NCBI RefSeq assembly: GCF_022539665.2
Contig: NC_081332.1
Location: 1,674,001 to 1,738,000 of the forward strand
DNA from: Daphnia carinata
Lineage: Eukaryota
Reading direction: 5' to 3'
DNA: 64,000 nt
Position 1 is the stretch's first letter, and each line of letters starts with the position of its first letter. The position numbers were made by a program, and so were the translations under genes. The notes under the pieces were generated by a model. It had not been told where the DNA came from. It ran no database searches and saw only the letters and a program-made list of their open reading frames with translations. Positions 1-11,845 of the stretch are shown here, piece by piece.

Positions 1-181
1 TGTTCTACATTACGGACTTTCAAACAACTGTAGTCCACATTTTGAAATGTAACGCAATTTGTGTATTGCTTAATTATCCAAAGCGCATGGTATTGACTTT
101 TCCCTTTCGATGCTGATTTCGCTTTTCTTTTCAGTTATCGTATGAAAAAGAACGAAATTTAGGCTTGTTTGTCCATCAAAT

Positions 182-254
182 GTATTCGTGGCCTAAACTG
201 TAAGGCACCGGGTTCCTAAATGGAGGATTGCGTGTCCGAGTCCCGCCAGAGGTA
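182..254 (+). pseudogene. Degenerate tRNA-Arg(CCT) copy
   Basis: Aligns over 73 nt to the intact Arg-CCT copies (gtggcctaa...taaggcaccgg...cctaa...gagtcccgccagaggta), but the acceptor stem, anticodon stem and B box (gtccgag) are mutated. Confidence 0.8.
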
Positions 255-457
255 TGTTCAATTTAAATTACCTGTGATTTCGTGATGAACGTTAGCCGTG
301 AAAACATGTGATTTTGATTTGTAACCACTGTAAATATGATCCCCCTCATCATTTGTTGATTGAAAGTGATGTGATTGTCCGTCTATTAGCTTCTGAAGGT
401 CTTTGCTCTGTTTATTTTCTATATAAGGCATTTGCATATGAAAGACACTAACTTTGT

Positions 458-570
458 TCTCCAGTGGCGCAGTTGGTTAGCGCATGGTACTTATAAGACA
501 GTATTCATAGCTTGTGGCTCAAACGGTCGTAGTAATGCCGAGGTCGCGAGTTCGAGCCTCGCCTGGAGAA
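458..570 (+). tRNA. tRNA-Ile(TAT) with 39-nt intron (496-534)
   Basis: TCTCCAG/CTGGAGA acceptor stem, A box TGGCGCAGTTGG, anticodon TAT at 492-494, intron after position 37, B box GTTCGAGC, downstream T-run. Confidence 0.92.
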
Positions 571-807
571 TTTTTGAATTTTACCTGTGTTCATAATAAT
601 TTAACTCGTTAGCGATTGCTATGTACAATATTTGATTGATAACGTATGCGAGTAAGAAAGAAAATGAAATGGATCAAGCTATAATAAGGATAAAATTGTA
701 TGTGCATATCATGTGTTTAGAAGAGAACGGAAAGGGAATTGATTGTACAGGTTTCTTAAATGTCTTTCTCGCAACTTGATGTCGCATGGAAATGACGTAA
801 TTATATA

Positions 808-927
808 TCTCCAGTGGCGCAGTTGGTTAGCGCAAGGTAATTATAAGACAGTAATGAGTTGTGCTAATAGATTCTGCTTTCAGAAGAAGTAATGCCGAGG
901 TCGCGAGTTCGAGCCTCGCCTGTAGAA
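808..927 (+). pseudogene. tRNA-Ile(TAT) variant or probable pseudogene, 46-nt intron
   Basis: Same structure, but C32>A, an anticodon-stem substitution and an acceptor mismatch (ctgtaga). Confidence 0.7.
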
Positions 928-1870
928 TTGATTTTGAATTACGGAATTGAAATTGATGTTCGCGTTTGCTGATCTTTCTTCGGAAGCAAATCGAGTTATA
1001 AACTGTTTTTTTTTTTAGAAATTGTGTTTATTTTTGAAAATTAAAGTGAGATGCATGAGTTTACAATCAAGTCAATGTCGCGTTCATCAAAACATAATGT
1101 TACATCGTTCGATCGTAGACATTTCCGTAGCCGTATTCGTCGTAGTAGCTATGTCTACATCCTAAGCCATAACGTTGTATTTTATGGCATTAATATAAGT
1201 TAAGTAGGAATGACGTATTTGTTACCTTTCTATCCATTGCTGTATCCATGTCCATATCCGCCAAGTAAAATGTCATAAGTTTTCAGGCTGAGCAAAAAGG
1301 TCTTTTAGAAGTGAAGCGTTGCTCCGTTTCTTACCCTGCCCACCTGGTTTCGAGGATGTCATTAGTCGATTTAGTTTTATCTGCTTCCAGTAGAATGTGA
1401 AAAACAGCTGAACAAGCGATAGCTCTCCCTTCCCCCAGTTGCAGCATTTGATTCACAATGTTCAAAACGCCTCAGTCCATCGCTAGACAGAGACCTAGAA
1501 ACAACGTGGCTGTGTAGTTGTACGTTGTAGAGAGACTTAAGCATGTGGCTGAGTCTTTGATCTGCCAAGTTGAAGATCAAGCGACTAAGAAGATACATGC
1601 TGAACGTAAAAAGGTAAGCAAAATGAATGATTTAGATTTCGATTAGTTACCTGGATCACGAAAGTGATTTTTGGTTAGGGTTTGTACGACCATTCTGGGA
1701 TGCAATTCTTGTGCCCTCGTTTATGGTCAGCCGTAGCTTTAACCCATGATCCCAATGTTGTATTTTATTGGCCTCTCCATGGTGGTGTCCAAACGTGCTA
1801 ATTGAAAATGAATCAATAGCAATTATGCAAGGAAAAGCAGAATTTGTTCACGCCAAGCGATATCCCGTGT

Positions 1871-1943
1871 GCCTTTGTGGCATAATGGATAAGGCACCGG
1901 CCTCCTAAGCCGGGGATTGCGGGTTCGAATCCCGCTAGAGGTA
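1871..1943 (+). tRNA. tRNA-Arg(CCT), variant with D-stem mismatch
   Basis: 73-nt cloverleaf with anticodon arm ccggc-ctCCTaa-gccgg; gcat replaces gcct in the D stem. Confidence 0.8.
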
Positions 1944-2166
1944 TGCACGAAGTTAATTGTTGTTTAGTATTGATTACGGAAGATGTATATAGACGTATAC
2001 TGCTATAGCCATTTGACCCTTATTCATTGTTTCACCTATGCAATGAATTAAAACACAGCAGCTTTGCTTGCTTTCATTTATTCGATTATTGGCATACATT
2101 TTTATTTGATAATCAATTTGACATTTCTTTGATGTATACTGATAAATATTTCAGAGTGTATGGTGC

Positions 2167-3527
2167 TTAGTAGTCGCGAACAACGTTACCGAAAGTCATG
2201 GAGCCGGATCCAGTGGTCGGACCAGTGCCGATCTGAGAAACACGGCCAAAAGCGGAGTCATCAGATGTAAAAACTGGTGCGGAGTAAGTGCGAGAAGTTC
2301 CAGCAGAACCGCCGACTGAAGACGAGGTGAGTACAGTAGATGAGGACGTAGGAGAAGTCATAACCGGTGCGGAATAAGTGCGGGAGGAAGCGCCAGGAGC
2401 CGTGACAGACGAAGAGGTGAGAACGCCGCCGGAATGAGTACCAGAGGTGACTTCCGAAGTGCGGCCAGCAGAAGAAATGAAGACTGGGGCGGAATAAGTG
2501 CGGGAGTTAGCACCTGGAGCCGTCACAGATGAAGAGGTGAGAACATCACCGGAATAAGTACGAGAGCTATCTTCCGAAGTGCGGCCAGCAGAAGAAGTGA
2601 GGTCCGAGGCGGAATAAGTGCGGGAGTTAGCACCTGGAGCTGTGACAGATCCAGAGTTGAGAACAACACCAGGAGCACCAGTGCCGGTAAAAACTGGTGC
2701 GGTGTAAGTGCGAGATGATGTAGCAGGAGCTGTGATCGGAACGGAAGTGATTACAGGTGATGTGACACCCAAGGATGTTAAAACGGGGCCGGAGTAACTG
2801 CGGGAGTTGTCACCAGAAACGCTGGCACCAGTAGAGGTGAAGACCGGTGCGGAGTAAGTGCGGGAGGCAACACCTGGAGCCGTGACAGATGAAGAGGGGA
2901 AAACATGACCTGAGTGAGTCCTACAACCGGCTCCCATAGTGTGGCCAGCGGAAGAAGTGAAGATTGGTGCGGAGTAAGTGTGAGATGATAGAGCAGGAGC
3001 AGTGACAACTTGAGAGGTGAATACAGGTGCGGAGTAGGCGGATGGGGCGTGGTACTGGGCTTGGCCTTCGTGCGTGACATCAGCAATGTGTCCGAAGCCA
3101 TCACCGTTGTCTGTTACGATTTGAACACGGCCATCGGGAAGGAGGACGTGGTAAGTGCCGGTGATTACTTGGCCATCGTTGCTCACAACGTGGGAGTGGT
3201 CGCTGCCATAACCATCGTGGACAGCCCAGTTGATAGCGTGCGGCTGAGCGGTCTATTAAATGAACAATTGTTCATTTAGAAATTGCTTGAATTGATGAAA
3301 GAGAAGCCAATGATACTTACGAATTCCCTGACCTGGTGCGTTGAAGGTGAATAAGAATGAGCATTGGAAGCGGAATTCCAAGAAGTTTGGCCAACGTATT
3401 GGGAATGGGCTGCGGCGACAGCGATCAAAGCAGTGAGTACGACGAACTTGAGAATTGAAAAACATATTTGATTAGAATTAAAAAATAATTTTCAACCGTT
3501 TGAATGCACAGATCATTTTACCTGCAT
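2167..3527 (-). CDS. Cuticular protein copy 1 (R&R chitin-binding domain, His-substituted; ~405 aa); exons 3527-3522, 3446-3321, 3252-2167
   Basis: ATGCAG|GT micro-exon, signal-peptide exon (FVVLTALIAVAAA), R&R-type motif GTYHVLLPDGRVQIV...ADV.HEG, SRTYSAP repeats; all introns GT-AG and in frame. Confidence 0.92.
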
Positions 3528-3563
3528 GTTGAGGAGTTGATAGAGCGATTGCGACAGTTGGTT

Positions 3564-3601
3564 AACTGATGCCCTTACTGCTATTCGCTCGCCCTTATAT
3601 A
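3564..3601 (-). promoter_or_regulatory. Core promoter of cuticle gene 1 (TATATAA plus arthropod Inr TCAGTT); equivalent elements precede all seven copies
   Basis: Minus-strand TATATAA at 3601-3595 lies ~26 nt before TCAGTT (3569-3564); spacing is conserved in paralogs, with a TATTTAA variant in copies 4 and 6. Confidence 0.8.
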
Positions 3602-3968
3602 CCGCAGCGCAACTACCCTGCGCTTATTTTTCTTCAGGTAATTTTTATCCAAGGTCTGGTTAGGAAACAAATCAGATTGTTCCAAAATTGATTAACGAAA
3701 GGAAAAGTCCTTGTGTCTGACCTGCTATTTTGATCTTTGCAACGGTCAAATGAAAAGTCCTCCAACACCGGGACTTTACCCACAGTGTTCTACATTACGG
3801 ACTTTCCAACAATTGTAGTCTACGTTTTGAAATGTAAGACAATTTCTGATTTGTTTAATTATTCAAAGATTATGGTTTTAACTTTTCCGTTTTGTATGTT
3901 GACTTCATTCTTTACTGCTGTTATCGTATGAAAAATGGACGAATTCTAAGCCAATTGGATCGCAGTGT

Positions 3969-4041
3969 GCCTTTGTGGCCTAAAGGATAAGGCACCGGCC
4001 TCCTAAGCCGGGGATTGCGGGTTCGAGTCCCGCCAGAGGTA
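3969..4041 (+). tRNA. tRNA-Arg(CCT)
   Basis: Intact 73-nt cloverleaf, anticodon CCT. Confidence 0.92.
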
Positions 4042-4209
4042 GTCTCGAAGCTGAAAACTGATTTCAACTGGTAATTTATCCTCAATATTAAGTCCCTACG
4101 CGATAGGTTTACAATGTGTGTATATCTACCGAATAATCGTCTAGATAATCAATGATTTCTTCTCAAATGTTACTTTTCCTCTGGTTATCTAGGAAATAGA
4201 TGATACATT

Positions 4210-4329
4210 TCTCCAGTGGCGCAGTTGGTTAGCGCATGGTACTTATAGGACAGTAACTGAATGTGCTGATTAAGGATGTAATGATGGAGAGTAATGCCGA
4301 GGTCGCGAGTTCGATCCTCGCCTGGAGAA
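4210..4329 (+). tRNA. tRNA-Ile(TAT) with 46-nt intron
   Basis: Intact exons, A/B boxes, TTTT shortly downstream. Confidence 0.92.
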
Positions 4330-4810
4330 TGTTTTGCAGCTGTTGTTCGGATCACATCTTGAAAATGGATTGTGTAACACCTGAGTATGTTTGGCCAAAT
4401 AGCTACAACAATCAATGGAGACTATCATATGATTGCAGATAAGCAATTGGTCATACAAAATAATATAACGTGGTCAATTTTAATACGTGAAATTCGTTAC
4501 GTTTGGAATTCAGAGAGGGATAACGTCCAATTCATTTCTCGATGGCTGAACTTGTAAGCTTCAATGTGGCTTGGATTCCTTCCTGCAAAAGCGAAAGAGC
4601 TCTGCTTTCTCTGGAAACACTTGGCACGGTGTTCATTTTGACTTTGATCGATCAAGGTAAGAAATTGTCATGATGACTCACTTTTATACGAGTTTTTTAT
4701 CTACCGCACAGAAAGGGGTTGTGCGAAACCATGGTCTTTCATCGAAACTTTAACGAGATGCCAGGGACACGTTTCGTTTAGCCCGAGATAGGCCATTTGT
4801 TACGATATCA

Positions 4811-4883
4811 GCCTTTGTGGCCTAAAGGATAAGGCACCGGCCTCCTAAGCCGGGGATTGCGGGTTCGAGTCCTGCCAGAGGTA
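4811..4883 (+). tRNA. tRNA-Arg(CCT)
   Basis: Intact apart from one T-stem C>T change giving a G-U pair. Confidence 0.88.
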
Positions 4884-5099
4884 TAGAGATATCTAGGTAA
4901 ATGATCAGCTTTGACGTTGTATGATTGATTGTTGTACTGCCTTAGTCATTCAACCCATTTTCTTTGTTACAGCTATATAATGAATTAGAACACAGGAGCT
5001 TTATTTTCATATAGTTTAATATTGGTATATATTCTTTATTTGATATTTAATTCGACATCTCTTTGATGTATATAGATATATTTGCAGGAGTGATGGCGC

Positions 5100-6087
5100 T
5101 TAGTAGTCGCGAGCAACGTTACCCGGAGTCCTGTAGACGGATCCAGTGCCTGGAGCAGTGACGGTCTGGGAAACACGGCCAAAAGCGGAGCCATCAGATG
5201 TAAAAACTGGTGCGGAGTAAGTACGAGTAGCTGCAGCAGGACCGCCGACCGAAGACGAGGTGAATACATTAGATGAGGACGAAGGCGAAGTGAAGACCGG
5301 TGCGGAATAAGTGCGGGAGGAAGCGCCTGGAGCTGTGACAGACGAAGAGGTGAGAACAGGGCCGGAATAAGTACGGGAGTTGGCTCCTGAAGTGCGGCCA
5401 GCAGAAGAAACGAAGACCGGTGCGGAATAAGTGCGCGAGTTAGCACCTGGAGCGGTAACAGATGAAGTGGTTAAAACGCGAGCAGGACCAGCGGGACCGG
5501 TAACAACTGGTGCGGAGTAAGTACGAGATGATACAGCTGGAGCAGTGACAACTTGAGAGGTGAATACAGGTGCGGAGTAAGCCTGGCCGGAGTAGGCGGA
5601 TGGAGCGGGGTACTTGGCTTCGCCTTCGTACTTGACATCAGCAATATATCCGTAGCCATCATCTCTGTACGTTACGATTTGCACACGGCCATCAGGAAGG
5701 AGGACGCGGTAACTGCCGCTGGTTACTTTGCTGTCGCTGCTCTCATAGTGGCCGTAGTCGTTGCCGTAACCATCGTAGACGGCCCAGTTGAAAGAATAAG
5801 GCTGGGCAGGCTATTAAATAAGCAATTGTTCATTTAGAAACTACTTTGAGTGGATAGACGGATAGCCAATTGGACTTACGTATTGTTTGACTTCGTACGT
5901 CGAAGGTGAATATAAATGAACATTGGAGGCGGAATTTGAAGAAGTTTGGCCAAGGTATTCGGAATTGGCTGCGGCGACAGCGATCAAGGCGGTGAGTACG
6001 AAGAACTTGACAATTGGACAATGTATTTTATTAGAACTAAACAATAATTTTTAACCGTTTGAATTGCAAAGATCTTTTTACCTGCAT
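5100..6087 (-). CDS. Cuticular protein copy 2; exons 6087-6082, 6005-5880, 5810-5100
   Basis: Same three-exon structure; PAQPYSFNWAVYDGYGND...GSYRVLLPDGRVQIVTYRDDGYGYIADVKYEGEAKYP; SRTYSAP repeats. Confidence 0.93.
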
Positions 6088-6526
6088 GTTGAGAAGTTGA
6101 TAGAGCAACTGAGACAGTTGGTTAACTGATGTCCTCTCTGCTATTTTGCTGACGTTTATATACCGCAGAACACTACCCTGCACTTTTCCTTTTTAGGTGC
6201 CTTTTACCAACTTATAATAGGGAATATATCCGATTGTTCATAAATTAACTGAAGAAAGGAAAAGTGTTTGTGTTTGACCTGCTCTTTGATCTTATTGCAA
6301 CCATCGAAATGAAAAGTGCCCCACCACGAGGGCTTTCCCCACAGCGTTCTACATAACGGACTTTCCAACAAACGCAGTCCACATTTGAAAAATGTAAGAC
6401 AATATCTGAATTGTTTAATTATCCAAAGAAAATGGCATTGAATTTTCCTTTCTATAATTATTTCGCTTTTCGTTGCAGTTATCGTAGGAAAAATGAACGG
6501 ATTTTAGACCCGTTTGCGCCACATAT

Positions 6527-6601
6527 GCCTTGTAGTGGCCTAATGGATAAAGCAGCGTCATCATAAACCGGTGATTGCAACTTCGAGTCTCGCCAGAGGG
6601 A
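6527..6601 (+). pseudogene. Degenerate tRNA-Arg copy
   Basis: gtggcctaatggataa...ttcgagtctcgccagagg at the same position relative to the cuticle gene as intact copies; anticodon arm destroyed. Confidence 0.75.
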
Positions 6602-7097
6602 AAAGGTATAAAAAACCCTTAACACGGATGGTAACCAATTTCTTCGGTACGTGTACTAACTTTGTGTGTGACGTTTGTTTTCTGAATCCTGTATCTGTTT
6701 GATTACGAGATACTCGGTGCTCTGTGGAGATTCCAATATGCTGAAACTGATCATTCATTGCTGCTTAAATTATTCGAAAATGCGATAACTAAGAAAAGAT
6801 GGATGAGGAACTGTTTGTGTTGCATTTTAGTGCTACGCGTCCAACATCGTTCATATCCACAAACAAATTCGTTTCATGTTTCGTAAGAAGTGAATTTAAC
6901 TTCATAATTTCATTGACATTTAGGTTTTCAAAAATCGCCTTTCTTTTAGGATTTATTATTCATCCTTCTCTGCAGCCATATAACAATGTAAGACATAAAC
7001 GTTGTTTTGCTTTAATATAGTTTATTAAGTGATATATATATATATATAAATTTCATTTGTCATATAATTTACATCAGTATTTCAGAATATACTGGAC

Positions 7098-8341
7098 TTA
7101 GTAGTCACGGGCAACGTTAGCGGAAGTCCCGTAGACTTGGCCGGCGTTGGAGGCGGTGCTTGATGTAGCTGGGCCGGCAGGGGCGGTGATAACTGGAGAA
7201 GTAAAAACGGTAGAGGAGGAAGACGGGGCGGAGTAGGTGCGAGAGGTGCCAGTAGGAGCCGTGACATCACCGGAAATGATTACGGGAGAAGTAAAAACTG
7301 GTGCGGAGTAAGTACGAGAAGCTGCAGCAGGTGCAGCGATCGAAGATGAGGTGGATACAGAAGATGAGGACGTCGGGGATGTTAAAATGGGAGAGGAATA
7401 AGTGCGGGAGGAGGCGCCTGGAGCCGTGACAGATGAAGAGGTGAGAACAGGGCCGGAATAAGTACGAGAGTTGGCTTCCGATGTGCGGCCAGCAGAAGAG
7501 GTGATGACTGGTGCGGAGTAAGTGCGAGATGATGCAGCAGGAGCTGTGCGCGGATCGGAAGTGAATACAGGTGCTGTGACAACCGAAGACTTGAAAACTT
7601 GGCCAGAGTAAATGCGTGAGGTGTCACCAGAAACAGTGGCACCAGGAGCGGTAACAGCAGGTGAAGGGAAAACTGGTGCGGAATAAGTACGAGAATCGGC
7701 TTCCGAAGTGCGGCCAGCAGAAGAAGTCAAGACCGGTGCGGAATAAGTGCGGGAGTTAGCACCTGGAGCGGAAACAGATCCAGAGTTGAGAACAACAGTA
7801 GCAGGAGCGGTAATAACTGGTCTGGAGTAAGCCTGGCCGGGGTAGGCGGATGGAGCGGGGAACTTGGCTTCACCTTCGTACTTGACATCAGCAGTGTATC
7901 CGTAGCTGTCAGCTTTGTACGTTACGATCTGAACGCGACCATCGGGCAAGAGGACACGGTAGGTGCCGGTGGTTACCTGGCTATCGCTGCTCTCGTAGTG
8001 AGAGTAGTCGTTGCCGTAACCATCGTAGACGGCCCAGTTGAAAGAGTAAGGCTGGGCGGGCTATTGAATGAGCAATTGTTCATTTAGAAACCGCTTTGAA
8101 TGGGTAGAAGTATAGCCAATCGGACTTACGTATTCTTTGACCACGTATGTTGAAGGTGAATAAGAACGAACATTGGAAGCGGAATTTGAATTTGAAGAAG
8201 TTTGGCCAAGGTATTCGGAATTGGCTGCGGCTACAGCGATGAAAGCGGCGAGTACGACGAACTTTAAAATTTAAAAGTGATTTATTAGAACTAAACCGTA
8301 ATTTCCATATCCATGAGTTGCACAGGTGATTTTACCTGCAT
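7098..8341 (-). CDS. Cuticular protein copy 3; exons 8341-8336, 8261-8130, 8060-7098
   Basis: R&R domain plus extended SRTYSAP repeats; in-frame GT-AG introns. Confidence 0.93.
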
Positions 8342-8773
8342 GTTGAGAAGTTGATTGAGCGATTGAGACAGTTGGCTAACTGATGTCCTTTCTGCTTTCT
8401 GGTGGCGTTTATATACCCGCAGAGCAACGCCCTGCGCTTTTCATTTTGCAGGTACCTTTTACCAAGTTCTAATAAGGAACATATCCGATTGCTCCAAAAT
8501 TCGTAGAAGAAAGTAAAAGTGTTTGTGTTTGACCTGCTGTTTGATCTTTGCAACGGTCAAATGAAAAGGGCTTCAACATCGGGGCTTTCCCCACAGCGTT
8601 CTACAAAACGGACTTTCCAACAAACGCAGTCCAAATTTGGAAATGTAAGACAATTTCTGATTTGTTTAATTATTCAAAGAGTATTGTACTGACTTTTCCC
8701 TTTATATGTTAATTTTTCTTTCCATTTACCGTAGGAAAAAAGAGCGCATTTCTGGCCCGTTTGCTCCGTATGT

Positions 8774-8846
8774 GCCTTTGTGGCCTAAAGGATAAGGCAC
8801 CGGCCTCCTAAGCCGGGGATCGCGGGTTCGAGTCCCGCCAGAGGTA
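8774..8846 (+). tRNA. tRNA-Arg(CCT)
   Basis: Intact cloverleaf. Confidence 0.92.
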
Positions 8847-9345
8847 AAAATAATTACAAATGAAGAACGTAGATGAGAGTTAATTCGTGCTAGATTTACA
8901 TGAAAATCTGCTCGTTGAAAATGAATGGAATGGTGGAATGCAGCCTTACAAGTGACGTTTGTTTTCTTAGTCCTTTTCCTTTTTCTTAATGAAATACTCT
9001 TCGCTTTGTGGAGATTCGAAGGTGTTGGGGTTGATCGAAGGACGGGACGAGGAACCGTTTGTGTTGAATTTTGGTGCTAAGCGTCCAACAACGTACATTT
9101 CTACACCCACAATTCAATTTATGTTTCGTAAGAAGCTCATTTAACTTCATGTTTTCATTCAAATTGATGGGTTTCATAAATTGACTGTCTCTTTTAGGAT
9201 TTATTATTCATCCTTCTCTGCAGCCATATAACAATGTAAGACATTAACGTTGTTCTGCTTTTATATAGTTTATTCAACTATATATATATATATATATATT
9301 TAACTTTTCATCTTTTTTACATCACTATTTCAAAATTGATTGGAC

Positions 9346-10299
9346 TTAGTAGTCGCGGGCAGCGTTAGCGGAAGTCCCGTAGACTTGGCCGGCTTCGGAG
9401 GCGGTGATTGACGTAGCGGGGCCGGCAGGAGCGGTGATAACTGGAGAAGTGAAAACGGTAGAAGAGGAAGACGGGGCGGAGTAGGTGCGAGAGGTGCCAG
9501 CAGGAGCCGTGACATCGCCGGAAATGATTACGGGAGAAGTAAAAACTGGTGCGGAGTAAGTACGAGAAGCTGCACCAGGTGCAGTGATTGAAGATGAGGT
9601 GGATACAGTAGATGAGGACGTCGGGGATGTGAAGACCGGCGCGGAATAAGTGCGGGAGTTAGAACCTTGAGCCGTGACAGATGCAGAGTTGAGAACAACA
9701 GCAGCAGGAGCGGTAATGACTGGTGCGGAGTAAGTACGAGATGATGCAGCGGGAGCGGTGACAACTTGAGAGGAGTATACAGGTGCGGAGTAAGCTTGAC
9801 CGGAGTAGGCGGATGGAGCGGGGTATTTGGCCTCGCCTTCGTATTTCACATCAGCGGTGTATCCGTAGCTGTCAGCCTTGTAGGTAACGATTTGAACGCG
9901 ACCATCGGGAAGGAGGACGCGGTAGCTGCCGGTGGTTACTTTGCTGTCGCTGCTCTCGGAATGGGCGTAGTCATTGCCGTAACCATCGTAGACGGCCCAG
10001 TTGAAAGAGTACGGCTGGGCGGGCTACGGAGGAGGCAGTTGTTCATTTAGAAACTGCTTTCAGTTGATGAAAGATCAAACATTTGGACTTACGTATTCCT
10101 TAACCTCGTACGTTGAAGGTGAATACGATGGCCTATAGTAAGATGGAACTGGATAACTTGAGCCGGGATAGTCGGAATTGGCTGCGGCGACAGCGATCAA
10201 GGCGGCGAGTACGACGAACTTGAAATAGATAAAGGTATTTGATTAGAATTAAACAATAATTTTCAACCGTTTGAATTGCATAGGTGATTTTACCTGCAT
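9346..10299 (-). CDS. Cuticular protein copy 4; exons 10299-10294, 10218-10093, 10023-9346
   Basis: R&R domain GSYRVLLPDGRVQIVTYKADSYGYTADVKYEGEAKYP; in-frame exons. Confidence 0.93.
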
Positions 10300-11065
10300 G
10301 TTGAGAAGTTGTTAGAGCGATTGAGACAATTGGCAAACTGATGTCCTTTCTGCTATTCGCTCGCCCTTAAATACCGTGAAGCGATGACTTTCTTGTACTT
10401 CATCCGTCCTGCTTTTTCCAGTGTTCAAATAAGGGAAATATTTTATTGTAGAAAAAAAAAACAGAGAAAGGAAAAGTGCTTGTGTCGCAACTCGCATTTG
10501 TACCTTGCCCCGTTCAACTGGAAAGTTTTCAATATCCGGGGCTTTCCCCGATGTGTTCTACGTAAAGGACTTATTAGAAAATGGGGTTCACCTTTTCAAA
10601 TGCAACCCAACCACCGACTTGTTGATAAAATCCGCCCAGAGACGATGACATTCATTTGCTGGAGGCATTACTTTCAACGAATTTCAAGTTTCGTGCATTA
10701 GAACGTGATGATTGTTCGCTAAAAGTGCACCACCTGAACCGGACTTCAGCAACAGGTTGATCGCCTCTATTTGGACCTCTCTCTAGAGTGCCTTGATTTG
10801 CAAAGGTGTTGAAATGGGGCTGCTAGCTTAACAGCCAAACGAAAGCGATCAATCATCTGAGGTACCACATAATCAAAGAATATGTACGACCAATTGCCCT
10901 TGAAAACTATGTTCTTAAGTAATTCGTTATTCATCAAGTTTAGATTTACTAACATATTTATTGCGAACAGCATTTTAATCCGATCTGGTATGATTCCTTC
11001 TTACAGATGTTTAGCAATACTGCAAGGAAACGGAAATGTTTTGCACGCAATTTCCTTCTGTATGT

Positions 11066-11138
11066 GCCTTTGTGGCCTAAAGGATAAGGCACCGGCCTCC
11101 TAAGCCGGGGATTGCGGGTTCGAGTCCCGCCAGAGGTA
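11066..11138 (+). tRNA. tRNA-Arg(CCT)
   Basis: Intact cloverleaf. Confidence 0.92.
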
Positions 11139-11323
11139 CTCACGTGGTACTTAACATTTGTAGTAGACATTGCAATGAAATTGAAATCCGTGTTTGATAT
11201 GATTACGTCGATAGGGAACGGATTGCGCATAATTGCCAAGTAATCATGCAGCATCGTTGCTTAATCGTTTATTAAGAAAGTTACATGTTATCCAACTGAC
11301 GAAGAATCAATGTATGTTTAATA

Positions 11324-11429
11324 TCTCCGGTAGCGCATGGTTTTATAGAACAGTAACTAAACGTGCTAATTAAAGGTGAAATGTTTGTAAGGCATGCGGA
11401 GGTCGCGAGTTCGATCCTCACCTGGAGAA
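11324..11429 (+). pseudogene. tRNA-Ile(TAT) pseudogene with D-arm/A-box deletion
   Basis: tctccggtagcgcatgg shows the segment between the two gcgca repeats is lost; the intron and 3' exon remain recognisable. Confidence 0.85.
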
Positions 11430-11550
11430 CATATTGGAGCTGTTGCTCAGCTTCTTTTTCAAAACAGATTGATTGACTTCTGAATTTGTTGGACCAAGTA
11501 TCTAAGACATTGGCCTTTTAACCCAAATATTGCCAGTTGAAGTATTGAAC

Positions 11551-11623
11551 ATTAAAATGGCCTAAAGGAGAAGGTATCGAACTCCTAAGGTGGGGGTTGC
11601 TAGTTCAAGCACCGCCAGAGATG
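11551..11623 (+). pseudogene. Highly degenerate tRNA-Arg(CCT)
   Basis: tggcctaaaggagaagg...ctcctaag...gttcaagcaccgccagag. Confidence 0.7.
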
Positions 11624-11845
11624 ACGAGATGTCCGGAGGTATGTAATTGTTTAGCATTGATGATGAAAGATAGGGTTTTATACTTCCTTAGTCACATGAC
11701 ACATTTTCTTTGTTGCAGCTTTATAATGAATTAGAACGCAGGAGCTTTGCATTCATATATTTTATTGTTGATATAAATTCTTTATATGATATTTTATTTG
11801 ACATTTCTTTGATGTATATGGGTATATTTTCAGGACTTAGGGCGC

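Noticed and set aside
1100..1800. Exon-like minus-strand segments with splice signals, including the 73-aa ORF
   Set aside because: Stops interrupt the candidate spliced frames and no motif is recognisable; at most an unidentifiable relic.
3969..4329. Possible dicistronic Arg-Ile tRNA transcript
   Set aside because: A TTTT terminator lies between the genes (4174-4177; likewise in the other pairs) and each gene has its own A/B boxes.
10700..11000. ORFs in the extra spacer of copies 4 and 6 (also 15116-15458)
   Set aside because: Similarity reflects the recent block duplication; no recognisable protein and differing ends.
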